Assembly: GCA_963817895.1 (NCBI GenBank)
Contig: CAWFQB010000005.1
Location: 832,001 to 896,000 of the forward strand
Reading direction: 5' to 3'
DNA: 64,000 bases
Source: an uncultured Chthonomonadaceae bacterium
GTDB lineage: Bacteria; Armatimonadota; Chthonomonadetes; Chthonomonadales; Chthonomonadaceae
Shown: piece after piece, positions 18,051 through 26,882 of the stretch
Numbering within the stretch: the stretch's first letter is position 1
Layout: every line of letters begins with the position of its first letter
Notes under the pieces: generated by a model
Databases searched by the model: none
What the model was told of the DNA's origin: nothing
What the model saw: only the letters and a program-made list of their open reading frames with translations
Made by a program: the position numbers and the translations under genes

Positions 18051-19110
18051 GGAAGAAGAGGAGAAGATACGAGATACGAGATACGAGATACGAGAAGGAG
18101 AGGAATCCCTCTCAACTCTCAACTCCCTGTATGCGGGCGTGGATGTTGGCACGAACTCCGTGAAGATGATTGTGGCGGATTTGGGAGAGGGGCGGGCGGA
18201 TCGCGTCTTTGAGCAGACTATTGTAACCCGGTTGGGCGAGGGGATGCAGGCGCAGGGCAACCGTTTGCGCGAAGCTGCCATGCGCCGCACCCTTGACGCT
18301 CTTGCGGAACTCGTGGACGCGGGACGGGCGCATCAGGCGCGCGCGTTTGCGGCGGTGGGGACGGCGGCATTGCGAGACGCGGAAAACCGTGACGATTTTT
18401 TGCAGAGGGCGCAGGAGCGAATGGGACTGAGCATTGACGTAATCCCCGGCGAGGAGGAGGCGCGATTGTCGTATCTGGCCGTGCGGCGCGACCCGCACTG
18501 GCGCGGGCAGGCGCATTTGCGCGTGATTGACATCGGCGGCGGCAGCACGGAGATCATCGAAGGGACGCCCAACGGGAACAACATCGCTTCGCGCATCAGC
18601 GTCAACTACGGGGCGGTGAAATTGACCGAGCAGTTTTTGCGCTCCGACCCGCCCACCGTTCAGCAGTTGGAAGACGCCAATCTTGCCGTACTCAAAGCAT
18701 TCGCGCGTATTGATGAGGAGGCTTTCCACTCCGCCGATACAGGGAGTGATAAGCCTGCCGCAACCGCCTTCGCGTCCTCGCAAGAGTATGCGCTGGTGGG
18801 GGTGGGCGGAACCGTCACCAATCTCGGCGCGATGGATCAGGGCGGCAAACTGGGCGACGAATCGCTCCACGGGCATCTGCTGACAGCCGACCAACTGGGC
18901 GAACACATTGACCGTCTGGCGACCCGGACTGTGGCGCAGCGGCTGGAACTCCCCGGCCTTGATCCACGTCGGGCTGACATCATTCTGGGAGGCGCGATCC
19001 TGCTGGCGCAGGCATTGTCCCGTCTGGATGCGCCCTCCCTCGCCATCAGCACGCGCGGCCTCCGCTGGGGGTTGCTGTATGACCGTTTTCAACAGGAGGT
19101 AGATGGGTAG
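18043..19110 (+). CDS. ppx: Ppx/GppA exopolyphosphatase (ASKHA domains)
   Basis: DVGTNSVK...TRLGEG...GTAALRDAEN...GEEEARLSY...DIGGGSTE...GVGGT...RADII.GG..L...GLRWGLL. Confidence 0.93.
   Translation: MTEEEEEKIRDTRYEIREGEESLSTLNSLYAGVDVGTNSVKMIVADLGEGRADRVFEQTIVTRLGEGMQAQGNRLREAAMRRTLDALAELVDAGRAHQARAFAAVGTAALRDAENRDDFLQRAQERMGLSIDVIPGEEEARLSYLAVRRDPHWRGQAHLRVIDIGGGSTEIIEGTPNGNNIASRISVNYGAVKLTEQFLRSDPPTVQQLEDANLAVLKAFARIDEEAFHSADTGSDKPAATAFASSQEYALVGVGGTVTNLGAMDQGGKLGDESLHGHLLTADQLGEHIDRLATRTVAQRLELPGLDPRRADIILGGAILLAQALSRLDAPSLAISTRGLRWGLLYDRFQQEVDG
18065..18125. repeat. (AGATACG)4 + (CTCAACT)2 arrays inside the ppx 5' end
   Basis: Encodes KIRDTRYEIRE...LSTLNS upstream of the first Ppx motif. 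Confidence 0.88.
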
Positions 19111-19183
19111 ATGGTAGATGGTAGATCAATCAATCGTGGTTTTCTACTCACCTACCCATCTACCCATCTACCCATCTACCTAC
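19098..19183. repeat. Inverted pair (G)GGTAGAT / ATCTACCC tandem arrays
   Basis: Left arm supplies the ppx TAG; right arm ends 6 nt before the HD-gene ATG. Confidence 0.9.
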
Positions 19184-19189
19184 TCAACC

Positions 19190-19810
19190 ATGAACCCAAA
19201 ACTCAACGCAATTCTGGAACTGGCGCGTCGTTATGATTATGACGCGGGACACGCGCATCAGGTGGAGTGCCTGGCGGGAACGCTGTTTATGGAGCTTCAG
19301 TCGCTGCATCAACTGGAGCGCGAAGACCGTAAACTGCTGGAGTACGCCGCCATTCTGCACGACATCGGCTATTATGTCAGCAGCAAGGGGCATCATCGCC
19401 ACGCCTTGCAGATGATTATGATGGAGCCGCTACCCGAGTTTACGCGGGAAGAAAAAGCGATTATCGCCAATCTTGCCCGCTACCATCGTAAAGTCCTGCC
19501 GACTATCGAGCATACCGCCTTCGGGATTTTGTCCGAGGGCGATAAGCAGCGCGTGGGCCTGCTTGCGCCCCTGCTGCGGCTTGCCGACGCGCTGGATCGG
19601 GGCCACAACAACCGCGTACAGGAACTGTTTTGCGACATAAGCGACGACGTGGTACTGATTTACGCGGGCGCGGAAGCCGAGTTGCCCGAGGAAGCCCGCG
19701 CTCTGGAACAGCGCGGCGACATGTTCCGGCACGTTTACCGCCGCGACCTGCAATTGCGCGTCCTGCGTCCCCGTCTGCCTGCCGCAAGCGCAGTGATGGT
19801 CGAGGGGTAG
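19190..19810 (+). CDS. HD-domain protein (stand-alone Ppx C-terminal HD domain)
   Basis: HAHQV..LA..LF...AAILHDIGY....GHHRH...IANLARYHRK...LRLADALDR. Confidence 0.9.
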   Translation: MNPKLNAILELARRYDYDAGHAHQVECLAGTLFMELQSLHQLEREDRKLLEYAAILHDIGYYVSSKGHHRHALQMIMMEPLPEFTREEKAIIANLARYHRKVLPTIEHTAFGILSEGDKQRVGLLAPLLRLADALDRGHNNRVQELFCDISDDVVLIYAGAEAELPEEARALEQRGDMFRHVYRRDLQLRVLRPRLPAASAVMVEG

Positions 19811-19815
19811 TCACA

Positions 19816-20205
19816 TTAAGCGTCAACAATAGCCTCGGCTTCAATTTCTACCAGCATGGCAGGGTCAATCAGGCGGCTGACCTGTATCATGCTGGTGGCG
19901 GGGCGAATCTGACTGAAAAACTCGCCGTGCGCTCTGCCGACAGACTCCCAATTGTCGATATCAAGCACGTACATGCGCGTTCTGACCACATCTTCTAATC
20001 CGGCTCCCGCCCTCTTCAAAGCCGCTTCGATGTTGTGAATAACCTGCACGGTCTGCGCGTAAGCATCGCCCGCGCCGACAACCTTGCCCTCCGCATCCGT
20101 CGCCGTTGTGCCGGATACATGAATTACATTCCCCACCCGTACCGCCCGCGAGTAGCCGACAATGGGCTCCCACGGCGTTCCCGAACCAAAATGTTGTCGC
20201 TGCAT
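19816..20205 (-). CDS. RidA/YjgF-family protein
   Basis: [22 protein letters not shown]...DVVRTRMY...RPATSM..V..L....LVEIEAEA. Confidence 0.93.
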   Translation of the reverse strand: MQRQHFGSGTPWEPIVGYSRAVRVGNVIHVSGTTATDAEGKVVGAGDAYAQTVQVIHNIEAALKRAGAGLEDVVRTRMYVLDIDNWESVGRAHGEFFSQIRPATSMIQVSRLIDPAMLVEIEAEAIVDA

Positions 20206-20245
20206 GTTCGCCTCCCTGTTTTGGAAAAAGATATTTTACCCGGCC

Positions 20246-20292
20246 TTGACAATTTCGTGATGGCGCGGTACTATATCGTCAATTCCCGATAT
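20246..20292 (+). promoter_or_regulatory. Sigma70 promoter (TTGACA-N17-TACTAT) overlapped by an ATATCG-N8-CGATAT operator-like palindrome
   Basis: -35 at 20246, -10 at 20269, inverted repeat 20273..20292, directly before the ArsR gene. Confidence 0.75.
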
Positions 20293-20298
20293 GAGGAT

Positions 20299-20730
20299 AT
20301 GAGCGTGAATGATTTAGTTTTACTTGGCAAGGCGCTTGCTGACCCCACGCGCATTCGTATTCTGGCTCTGCTGCGCGGCGGGGAGTTGTGCGTTTGCGAG
20401 ATTGGCGACGCGCTGGAGATGAGTCAGTCTACCCTGTCCACGCACCTGCAAACTATTCGGCAGGCCGGTCTTGTTTCCACCCGTAAAAACGCGAAGTGGA
20501 GTTATTACGGCCTTGAGCCTGCCGCTCTGCCCGTTTTGGAATCTATTTTCGCGCATTACCAGGACGTTCTTGATGTAGACCAACGCTTGAAGCGCGACCA
20601 TGAGCGCGTGGAATGTCGCCTGCAATTGCGGGTGAACGGCTGCTGCGTTATCGGAATTGCGGCTCTGGAAAACAGCCTGATGGCAGGCTGTTGTTCGGAA
20701 ACTCAAACGAAGGGAGGTGAAGCGAAATGA
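20299..20730 (+). CDS. ArsR/SmtB-family metalloregulator with Cys-rich C-terminus
   Basis: KALADPTRIRIL.LL...ELCVCEI..AL..SQSTLSTHL..IRQAGLV; C-terminal GCC and GCCS pairs. Confidence 0.93.
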   Translation: MSVNDLVLLGKALADPTRIRILALLRGGELCVCEIGDALEMSQSTLSTHLQTIRQAGLVSTRKNAKWSYYGLEPAALPVLESIFAHYQDVLDVDQRLKRDHERVECRLQLRVNGCCVIGIAALENSLMAGCCSETQTKGGEAK

Positions 20731-20846
20731 CTCTGATTGAACTTACGCCCATCGCGGCAACGACGGAAACGGAGGGCGATTGCTGCCCGTGCCAATGCGA
20801 TTGCGAACCCGGCTGCAAGTGCGGCGGCTGTCCGTGCTGCGAGTAA
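20727..20846 (+). CDS. Metallothionein-like 39-aa peptide with 10 Cys (not in ORF track)
   Basis: MTLIELTPIAATTETEGDCCPCQCDCEPGCKCGGCPCCE*; GGAGGT RBS; ATGA overlap with the ArsR stop. Confidence 0.85.
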   Translation: MTLIELTPIAATTETEGDCCPCQCDCEPGCKCGGCPCCE

Positions 20847-20849
20847 TTT

Positions 20850-20973
20850 TTACCGGATGTTGAAAACACCCGGCAGAAAAGTGCAAGCGTCCTGCGGACG
20901 CGGGAATCTTGATAAAGAGTCGCGTCCGCAGGACGCTTGTTTTGTTGAGACGGGGATTTTCAATCCCCGGTAA
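20850..20973. repeat. REP/REPIN-like composite palindrome with GCGTCCTGCGGACGC core
   Basis: Outer TTACCGG...TTGAAAA / TTTTCAA...CCGGTAA; inner inverted hairpins; related to 22628, 24611 and 54061. Confidence 0.8.
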
Positions 20974-21107
20974 GCCCCGAATGACTCAAACGCTTTAAAG
21001 TTGAAGCGCTTTTCCATCGGTGATAAAGAGGAACTTCTTGCTGTCGTGCCGAAACATACGCGCAGATGTTTTCAGCAAAATGCGTTACGTGGGGAGTGAA
21101 AAGACTT

Positions 21108-22622
21108 GTGACGAACTCGAAAGTGTGCGTGATCGGGCTGGACTGCGCCGCGCCCGAACTGGTATTTGATTTGTGGGCCGATTTGCTGCCTAATCTGTGC
21201 GGCCTGATGCAGTCCGGCATGTATGGGCCATTGGAGAGTACGACGCCTCCGATTACCGTACCCGCGTGGATGTGCATGATGACCGGCAAAGACCCCGGCA
21301 CTCTGGGCATTTACGGCTTCCGCAACCGCCGCGACCACTCCTATGAGGGGCTTGCGTTCGCGTCCGGCAAAATGGTACAGGAACCGACGCTGTGGGATGT
21401 GCTGGCGGAACACAGCAAGCGTACCATCGCGCTCGGCGTACCCCTTACATATCCTCCGCGTCCCATTCACGGCCTGCTTGTCACCGATTTTCTGGCTCCC
21501 AATGTGGACAGCGATTACACCTACCCGCCGGAACTCAAACACGAAATCAAAGAGGTGGTAGGCGAGTACCTGTTCGATACCCGCGAGTTTCGCACGGAAG
21601 ACAAGGCGAAACTGCTGGATGATATTTACACCATGACCGCCCGCCGCTTTCAACTGGCGCAACATCTGATAACCACCAAGCCGTGGGACTTCTTCATCAT
21701 GGTGGAAATGGGGCCAGATCGAATCCATCACGCCTTCTGGAAGTATTTCGACCCCAAGCACCCCAAATACATCCCCGGGAACCCCTTTGAACACGCCATT
21801 CGCGATTACTACATCGCCCTCGACGCGCATATCGGGCAACTGCTTTCCACACTGGACGAAGACACGCGCATTTTGATTGTGTCTGATCACGGCGCGAAGC
21901 GAATGGATGGCGGCCTGTGTTTCAACGACTGGCTGATACAGGAGGGCTATTTAACGCTCAAGGAAACGCCCACTCCCGGCACAAAGTTTTCGCCCGCGCT
22001 CGTGGATTGGACGCGAACCAAAGCGTGGGGCGACGGGGGCTACTACGGACGTTTGTTCCTGAACGTGCAGGAGCGCGAACCGCAGGGCATTGTGCCGCCT
22101 GAAGACGTGGAAGCCCTGAAAGTGGAACTGACCACCAAACTGGAAGCCTTGCCCAATGAACACGGCAAGCCACTTGGCAACCGCGTTTTCCGCCCCGAAA
22201 CGCTTTACGCCCAATGCCGCAATGTCGCGCCCGACCTGATCGTATACTTTGGCGATCTGCACTGGCGCTCTGTGGGCAGTCTGGGCCATCCTCAAATCTG
22301 GACACACGACAACGACACCGGCCCCGACGACGCCAACCACGCGCAGCACGGCATTTTCATTATGGCAGAAGAAAAGAAAAGGAGAAAAGGAGAAGAGGAG
22401 AAAAGGAGACCCAATCCACAATCCACAATCCACAATCCACAATCGGGTTTGTCCCTGTACGATGTCGCGCCGACGGTTTTGAACGCGATGGGGATTGCGG
22501 TTCCGGCAGGGATGGGACGCAACGCGATTGGAACTGCGCCGACTCTGCGCCCGGACAGCGCGTATAGTGAAGAGGAAGAGGCGGAACTGGCGCGGCGATT
22601 GGAAGATTTGGGATACTTGTAA
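21108..22622 (+). CDS. Alkaline-phosphatase-superfamily phosphodiesterase/nucleotide pyrophosphatase
   Basis: VIGLDCA...PPITVPAW..MMTGKDPG.LGIYGF...DRIHHAFW...IVSDHG...DVAPTVL...RLEDLGYL; start approximate. Confidence 0.9.
   Translation: MTNSKVCVIGLDCAAPELVFDLWADLLPNLCGLMQSGMYGPLESTTPPITVPAWMCMMTGKDPGTLGIYGFRNRRDHSYEGLAFASGKMVQEPTLWDVLAEHSKRTIALGVPLTYPPRPIHGLLVTDFLAPNVDSDYTYPPELKHEIKEVVGEYLFDTREFRTEDKAKLLDDIYTMTARRFQLAQHLITTKPWDFFIMVEMGPDRIHHAFWKYFDPKHPKYIPGNPFEHAIRDYYIALDAHIGQLLSTLDEDTRILIVSDHGAKRMDGGLCFNDWLIQEGYLTLKETPTPGTKFSPALVDWTRTKAWGDGGYYGRLFLNVQEREPQGIVPPEDVEALKVELTTKLEALPNEHGKPLGNRVFRPETLYAQCRNVAPDLIVYFGDLHWRSVGSLGHPQIWTHDNDTGPDDANHAQHGIFIMAEEKKRRKGEEEKRRPNPQSTIHNPQSGLSLYDVAPTVLNAMGIAVPAGMGRNAIGTAPTLRPDSAYSEEEEAELARRLEDLGYL
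22371..22444. repeat. (GGAGAAAA)n + (AATCCAC)4 arrays in frame within the phosphodiesterase
   Basis: Encodes EKKRRKGEEEKRRPNPQSTIHNPQS between GIFIMA and GLSLYDVAPT. Confidence 0.92.
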
Positions 22623-22627
22623 GGAGA

Positions 22628-22829
22628 AGTGAGAGTACATTTCACTCCCGAACACATTCTTGCCAGGGGTTGAAAACCCCTGTCTACACGGCCTGCGGCC
22701 AAGCGTCCTTCGGACGCAAATGCTTATTTTGCAGTGAATCGCGTCCGAAGGACGCCTGGCGGAACGCCACTCAGACGGGTATTTTCAATACCCGGAAAAA
22801 TGTGTCCGGTAGTGAAATGTACTCTCACT
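22628..22829. mobile_element. MITE/REPIN-like element with 19-bp perfect terminal inverted repeat
   Basis: AGTGAGAGTACATTTCACT / AGTGAAATGTACTCTCACT; inner GCGTCCTTCGGACGC / GCGTCCGAAGGACGC. Confidence 0.78.
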
Positions 22830-22846
22830 CTCACCTGAAATTGACT

Positions 22847-23686
22847 ATGTGGACAGAACAGCATTTAGTGGAGGATTTGCGGCGGATCGGGCTGACGGAG
22901 GGCGCGAATGTGCTGGCACACGCCTCGCTGCGGGCGGTCGGCGCGATAGAGGGCGGGGCGGAAACGCTGGTTCGCGCGTTTCGGCAGACGCTGGGGCCGT
23001 CCGGCACGCTGCTTGTTCCAACCTTCTGCGAAGATCATCGCGACCCGGCAGAATGGGAAACGCCGCCGGAAGCGAACGATCTGGAGCGGATGCGGGAGAT
23101 CGTGCCGCCGTATGTCCACGCCTCGCCCTCGACAACCCTGCGCTCGACGGGCGTATTCCCTGAGATTGTCCGGCAGCAACCGGACGCCCTGCGCAGCGAG
23201 CATCCGGCGTTTTCGTTTGCGGCTATCGGAGCCAACGCCGCGTTTCTCACGCAGAACGCGCCCCTGCACTATCCGCTTGGCACGGGCAGTCCGCTGGCTC
23301 GCCTGCATCAACTGGACGGCTATGTGTTGCTGATTGGCGTGTCTCACGCGGTCAACAGTTCCGTGTATCTGGGCGAAGTGTGGGGAGACGCGCCGTATAT
23401 CCACCGTTCCCGAACGGTCAAAACCGGAATCGGCGAGTGGACAAGCATGAAGGGCAGCCCGGAGTGCAGCGCGGGCTTTGTGAAAATCGAACCTTTATTG
23501 CGCAACTGCCGCGTTTTGCGCCACGACTACATCGGCAACGCGCCCGCTCAACTGATGCGGCAGCAGGCGGTTGTTTCGATGGCGATTGCGCTGTTACAGG
23601 GCAATGCCGCCGCGTTGCTATGTAACGATGCGCAATGCGCGACATGCAACCTTGCCCGCCGCTTCACCGCCGAACAGTCGCGCTAA
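22847..23686 (+). CDS. AAC(3)/YokD-family N-acetyltransferase
   Basis: VLAHASLRAVG.IEGGAETLV.A...GTLLVPTF...G.FPE..R..PDA.RS.HP..SFAA.G...SPL..L....G.VLLIGV. Confidence 0.88.
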   Translation: MWTEQHLVEDLRRIGLTEGANVLAHASLRAVGAIEGGAETLVRAFRQTLGPSGTLLVPTFCEDHRDPAEWETPPEANDLERMREIVPPYVHASPSTTLRSTGVFPEIVRQQPDALRSEHPAFSFAAIGANAAFLTQNAPLHYPLGTGSPLARLHQLDGYVLLIGVSHAVNSSVYLGEVWGDAPYIHRSRTVKTGIGEWTSMKGSPECSAGFVKIEPLLRNCRVLRHDYIGNAPAQLMRQQAVVSMAIALLQGNAAALLCNDAQCATCNLARRFTAEQSR

Positions 23687-23704
23687 ATCTCTTTTGCGAA
23701 GTTG

Positions 23705-24592
23705 TTAACGGAGCGGAAAAAGAAACTTGAGCATGTCGCCGACGCGGGCGGCCCAGGACGCTTCGTTGTGTTCCGCGCCCTCGGCTTCCACGTACTTCAA
23801 ATCCTGTTCCAGTTTCCAGCCGTCTGCAAGCAGGGCATCGCGCAGGGAGCGCGCATCGTCTACGTTCTGCTGCCAGTCCTCCTGCCGCCCCTCATGCGTT
23901 CCCATGTCCAGCCAGATGCGCAGGCGGGGCTTGAACTTCAGACTTCGCGCCTGCCGGATAATGGCCTGCTCGTCCCACCACGCGGACGGCGATACGATTG
24001 CCAGTTTGCCGAACACGCGCGGATATTTTAGCCCAAGATAGAGCGATACCAGCCCACCGAGGGAAGACCCGCCCAACCCGGTATTCATGGCGTCGCGCCG
24101 CGTCCGGTACGTTTTATCAATAAAGGGTTTCAGTTCCTCCACCAGCATACGTCCGTAAGCGTCCGCGCTTCCGCCCCGGCCCCCTTTGTCCCGCGTGGGC
24201 GTGTATTCCGCCATGCGCTCGCCCGAATTGTAAATGCCGACGATAATGAGCGGCTGAATTTTTCTCGCTTCAATCAAATTTTGCGCGGTTTCGTCCACGC
24301 GCCACTCCTGCCCCGGAATAAACGAGGTCGCGCCATCGAACAGATTTTGCCCGTCGTGCAGATACAGAACCGGGTAGCGCGTATGGTGGTTCCGCTCATA
24401 GTCCGGCGGCAGGTATACGAGAATGTCCCGGTCATGCGATAAAAAGCGCGAATGGAACTGCGCGTGTGTCTGGATGCGCCCCGTCAGCGTGTGCGTCCGG
24501 CCCGGGGACGCTTCCTGCCGCCCCGCCCGAACCGCGCGGTGAAACGCCACGAAGGACACAATCAGCAGCAGTCGAAACAACCCTTGAAACAA
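23705..24592 (-). CDS. Alpha/beta-hydrolase, putative esterase
   Basis: YPVLYLHDGQNLFD...GGSSLGGL...SPSAWW...H.E..WA.R. Confidence 0.92.
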   Translation of the reverse strand: MFQGLFRLLLIVSFVAFHRAVRAGRQEASPGRTHTLTGRIQTHAQFHSRFLSHDRDILVYLPPDYERNHHTRYPVLYLHDGQNLFDGATSFIPGQEWRVDETAQNLIEARKIQPLIIVGIYNSGERMAEYTPTRDKGGRGGSADAYGRMLVEELKPFIDKTYRTRRDAMNTGLGGSSLGGLVSLYLGLKYPRVFGKLAIVSPSAWWDEQAIIRQARSLKFKPRLRIWLDMGTHEGRQEDWQQNVDDARSLRDALLADGWKLEQDLKYVEAEGAEHNEASWAARVGDMLKFLFPLR

Positions 24593-24610
24593 TGCTTTCG
24601 CCCTTCTGAT

Positions 24611-24682
24611 ACCGGCTTATGAAAAGCCGGTTTGCAGGCCTTCGGCCAGTCGTTTTGCGGACGAAATATTCTTGTGCAGGAA
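24611..24682. repeat. Degenerate left half of the REP-like element at 22663
   Basis: CCGG..TGAAAA.CCGG...GGCCTTCGGCC...CG....CGGACG...TGCAG collinear with 22663..22738. Confidence 0.6.
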
Positions 24683-24808
24683 ATTATCTACGTAGATTAA
24701 TTCGCCGAAAGTTTTCTCGCGCCATCAATGGCAGACTGCAGCGCGTCGTTCCAACATTTCGATGTATACTGGATTAAACGCTGATAGTTCCAGACAGAAA
24801 CAATTAAC

Positions 24809-25723
24809 ATGGCGCAAACTACGCCCACAACCGCAGAAACGGACGCGAACGCTGCCGACTGCATACGGCTGTTGGGCAGTCGAAAGGCGGCGGAACGCGA
24901 CGCGGCGGAACGGAAATTGCGGCGCATGGGCGCGGCGGCAGTCGAACCCCTGTTGGCGTTAATGAAACGGGAAGACCATCGGTTGGCAAAGCGCCATCGT
25001 ATCGGGCGGGGAATAGAGTGGTATTTTAGAATGGCGCTATGGAGCGGTGTTCCCCTGTGTTTCCTTTTGCTGGTACTTCATGTCTCTTGCCCGGACTGGA
25101 TGGGCCGCTTCTTTTTTGGCAGTTTCGCGTTGTCCATGTTCTACAACATATTTGTTGAGTTTTGGCTGACGACGGGTACGCGAAAACATCGTCAGGCAAT
25201 CCGTATTGTAACGGACAGCGAAGACCTGCGCGTTGTCGGGCCGCTTTGCGCCTTTCTGCCGCACCGCTTATCCCCGGAACGCGCTCTCATTAAGTTGCTG
25301 CCGCGCCTGCGGGCATCAGACGCGCATCTGCTGAACGCGCATGAACGCGCCTGCCTGTATGAACGCCTGCGGACGAATACGCGCGGCTCGTTTCAGGGAG
25401 GGTATGCTGAGGAACTCACCCTTGCCATTCTGAAGGCGTTGGAGCAGATCGGGGATGGGCAGGCCGCGCTGTATGTCTATCAGGCCGCAAAGACCGCGAA
25501 ATCGCCCAAAGTGCGTGAAGCCGCCTCAAACTGCCTGCCCTACCTGATGCAACGCGCCGAACAGGAACGCGCCACCAACAGCCTGCTGCGCCCCTCCCAT
25601 GCCGCCGACGTTTCCGACAAAACCCTGTTACGGGCGGCGCAAAACACCCCCGGCGCAGAACCGCAACAACTCCTCCGCGCAAGCATTGCCGAAGGCTACA
25701 TACCCCCTGATGTATCGGATTAG
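24809..25723 (+). CDS. HEAT-repeat-like membrane protein
   Basis: AA..L..MGAAAVEPLL.L; two hydrophobic segments; ILKALEQIGD..A; C-terminal LLR repeats. Confidence 0.7.
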   Translation: MAQTTPTTAETDANAADCIRLLGSRKAAERDAAERKLRRMGAAAVEPLLALMKREDHRLAKRHRIGRGIEWYFRMALWSGVPLCFLLLVLHVSCPDWMGRFFFGSFALSMFYNIFVEFWLTTGTRKHRQAIRIVTDSEDLRVVGPLCAFLPHRLSPERALIKLLPRLRASDAHLLNAHERACLYERLRTNTRGSFQGGYAEELTLAILKALEQIGDGQAALYVYQAAKTAKSPKVREAASNCLPYLMQRAEQERATNSLLRPSHAADVSDKTLLRAAQNTPGAEPQQLLRASIAEGYIPPDVSD

Positions 25724-25735
25724 GACCAATACTGT

Positions 25736-25791
25736 TCAAAAAGAACATTGTAGGGACACAACAAGTTGTGTCCCTACAATGTTCTTTTTGA
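25736..25791. terminator. Perfect 27-bp-arm palindrome (GTAGGG...CCCTAC REP-like core); likely bidirectional terminator
   Basis: TCAAAAAGAACATTGTAGGGACACAAC-aa-GTTGTGTCCCTACAATGTTCTTTTTGA between convergent genes. Confidence 0.8.
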
Positions 25792-25834
25792 GGTCAATTG
25801 GCTGATTTAAATGGTATTGGGACACTATTTCGTA

Positions 25835-26554
25835 CTATTTCGCCGCCGTCGCTTTCAGGGAAGCGATCCATTCCGTATTCAGGTCGTCCAGCGTTTTGCC
25901 GGTCAGGTCGTGCCACAGCGATTCTTTGTACGTGTCGGCTCGGAGGGCGGCATCAAGTTTCTTCACAATGTCTTTGTCGTACTTGTGGAGTGTCCAGTCC
26001 AGAAACGCGCCGGTTGTGCGGTAACTGTCGCGGGCAGTCGCTTTGTCGGGGTTGGGATGCGGGCGCTTGTCTACAGGCTCGAAGTTGAACCAGCGCACCC
26101 AATCGGCAATGCCTTCGACAAGCCAGACGGGATCGTATTTCGGGTAACCCTGCACTACATGCGTCAGTTCATGCACCACCATGCCCAAATCGTCGGGATG
26201 CTTGCGTATCCACTCGGGCGACATAGCGATACGGGTTCCACTAGTAGCGGCCACGCCCTTGTAATTGAAATCCATGACAAGGGTGATATTGCTCGGCGGG
26301 TTGCTGTTCTTCGCGCCCAACAGGGCAACGATGCGCGGATACCACTTCTTAGCGGTGGCATTGGCCTGCCTGGAAAATAAGTTGAGTACCTTCAACTGCG
26401 ATGTATCATTGATGATACGCGGCATTTTAGTTTGTTGTATATTCGTTGGCGGCGTGTCCGTTTGCGCCTGCAACACGCAGGGCAGGCAGAGCGTTCCAAG
26501 CAGGACAGCGGAGAAGCGGGCGGAGGCGAAAGCGCGTGAAGCCGAAAATGGCAT
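25835..26554 (-). CDS. Secreted BSP-family (basic secretory protein) metallopeptidase
   Basis: Signal peptide; GVAAT.G..I...HELTHVVQ.Y...WLVEGIADWVR...SYRTTGAFLDW. Confidence 0.85.
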   Translation of the reverse strand: MPFSASRAFASARFSAVLLGTLCLPCVLQAQTDTPPTNIQQTKMPRIINDTSQLKVLNLFSRQANATAKKWYPRIVALLGAKNSNPPSNITLVMDFNYKGVAATSGTRIAMSPEWIRKHPDDLGMVVHELTHVVQGYPKYDPVWLVEGIADWVRWFNFEPVDKRPHPNPDKATARDSYRTTGAFLDWTLHKYDKDIVKKLDAALRADTYKESLWHDLTGKTLDDLNTEWIASLKATAAK

Positions 26555-26882
26555 GAGTGGAATAATCCCTTCTTGTCTTGAATTCAGGATGATGGCGATT
26601 CCTGTGATTACAACTTTTGTTTGCGCCGAAAGTTCTCTGCTTGCCGTACACAGGCATGACATAGAGTTCGCCATTCGTATCCCGAATCCTGCTCGATTCT
26701 GCTGATGTTGCCGGGAAGCGGTACAGGCCGATCATAACCTCACTGTCCTTGAATCTTGTTTATAAAACCCCTCTTTTCGCGGCAGGAACCCTTTCCCCCA
26801 ATATACAATATAAGAGGTGAAGTCCGCAGCGCAAGTCAGCGCGGCGGTTTATCTCCCGCCTGTCAGGAAGGACAGTTCACCG

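Noticed and set aside
22847..23686. Acquired aminoglycoside resistance gene
   Set aside because: The AAC(3)/YokD fold is widespread on chromosomes; there is no integron or transposase context and the substrate cannot be read from sequence.
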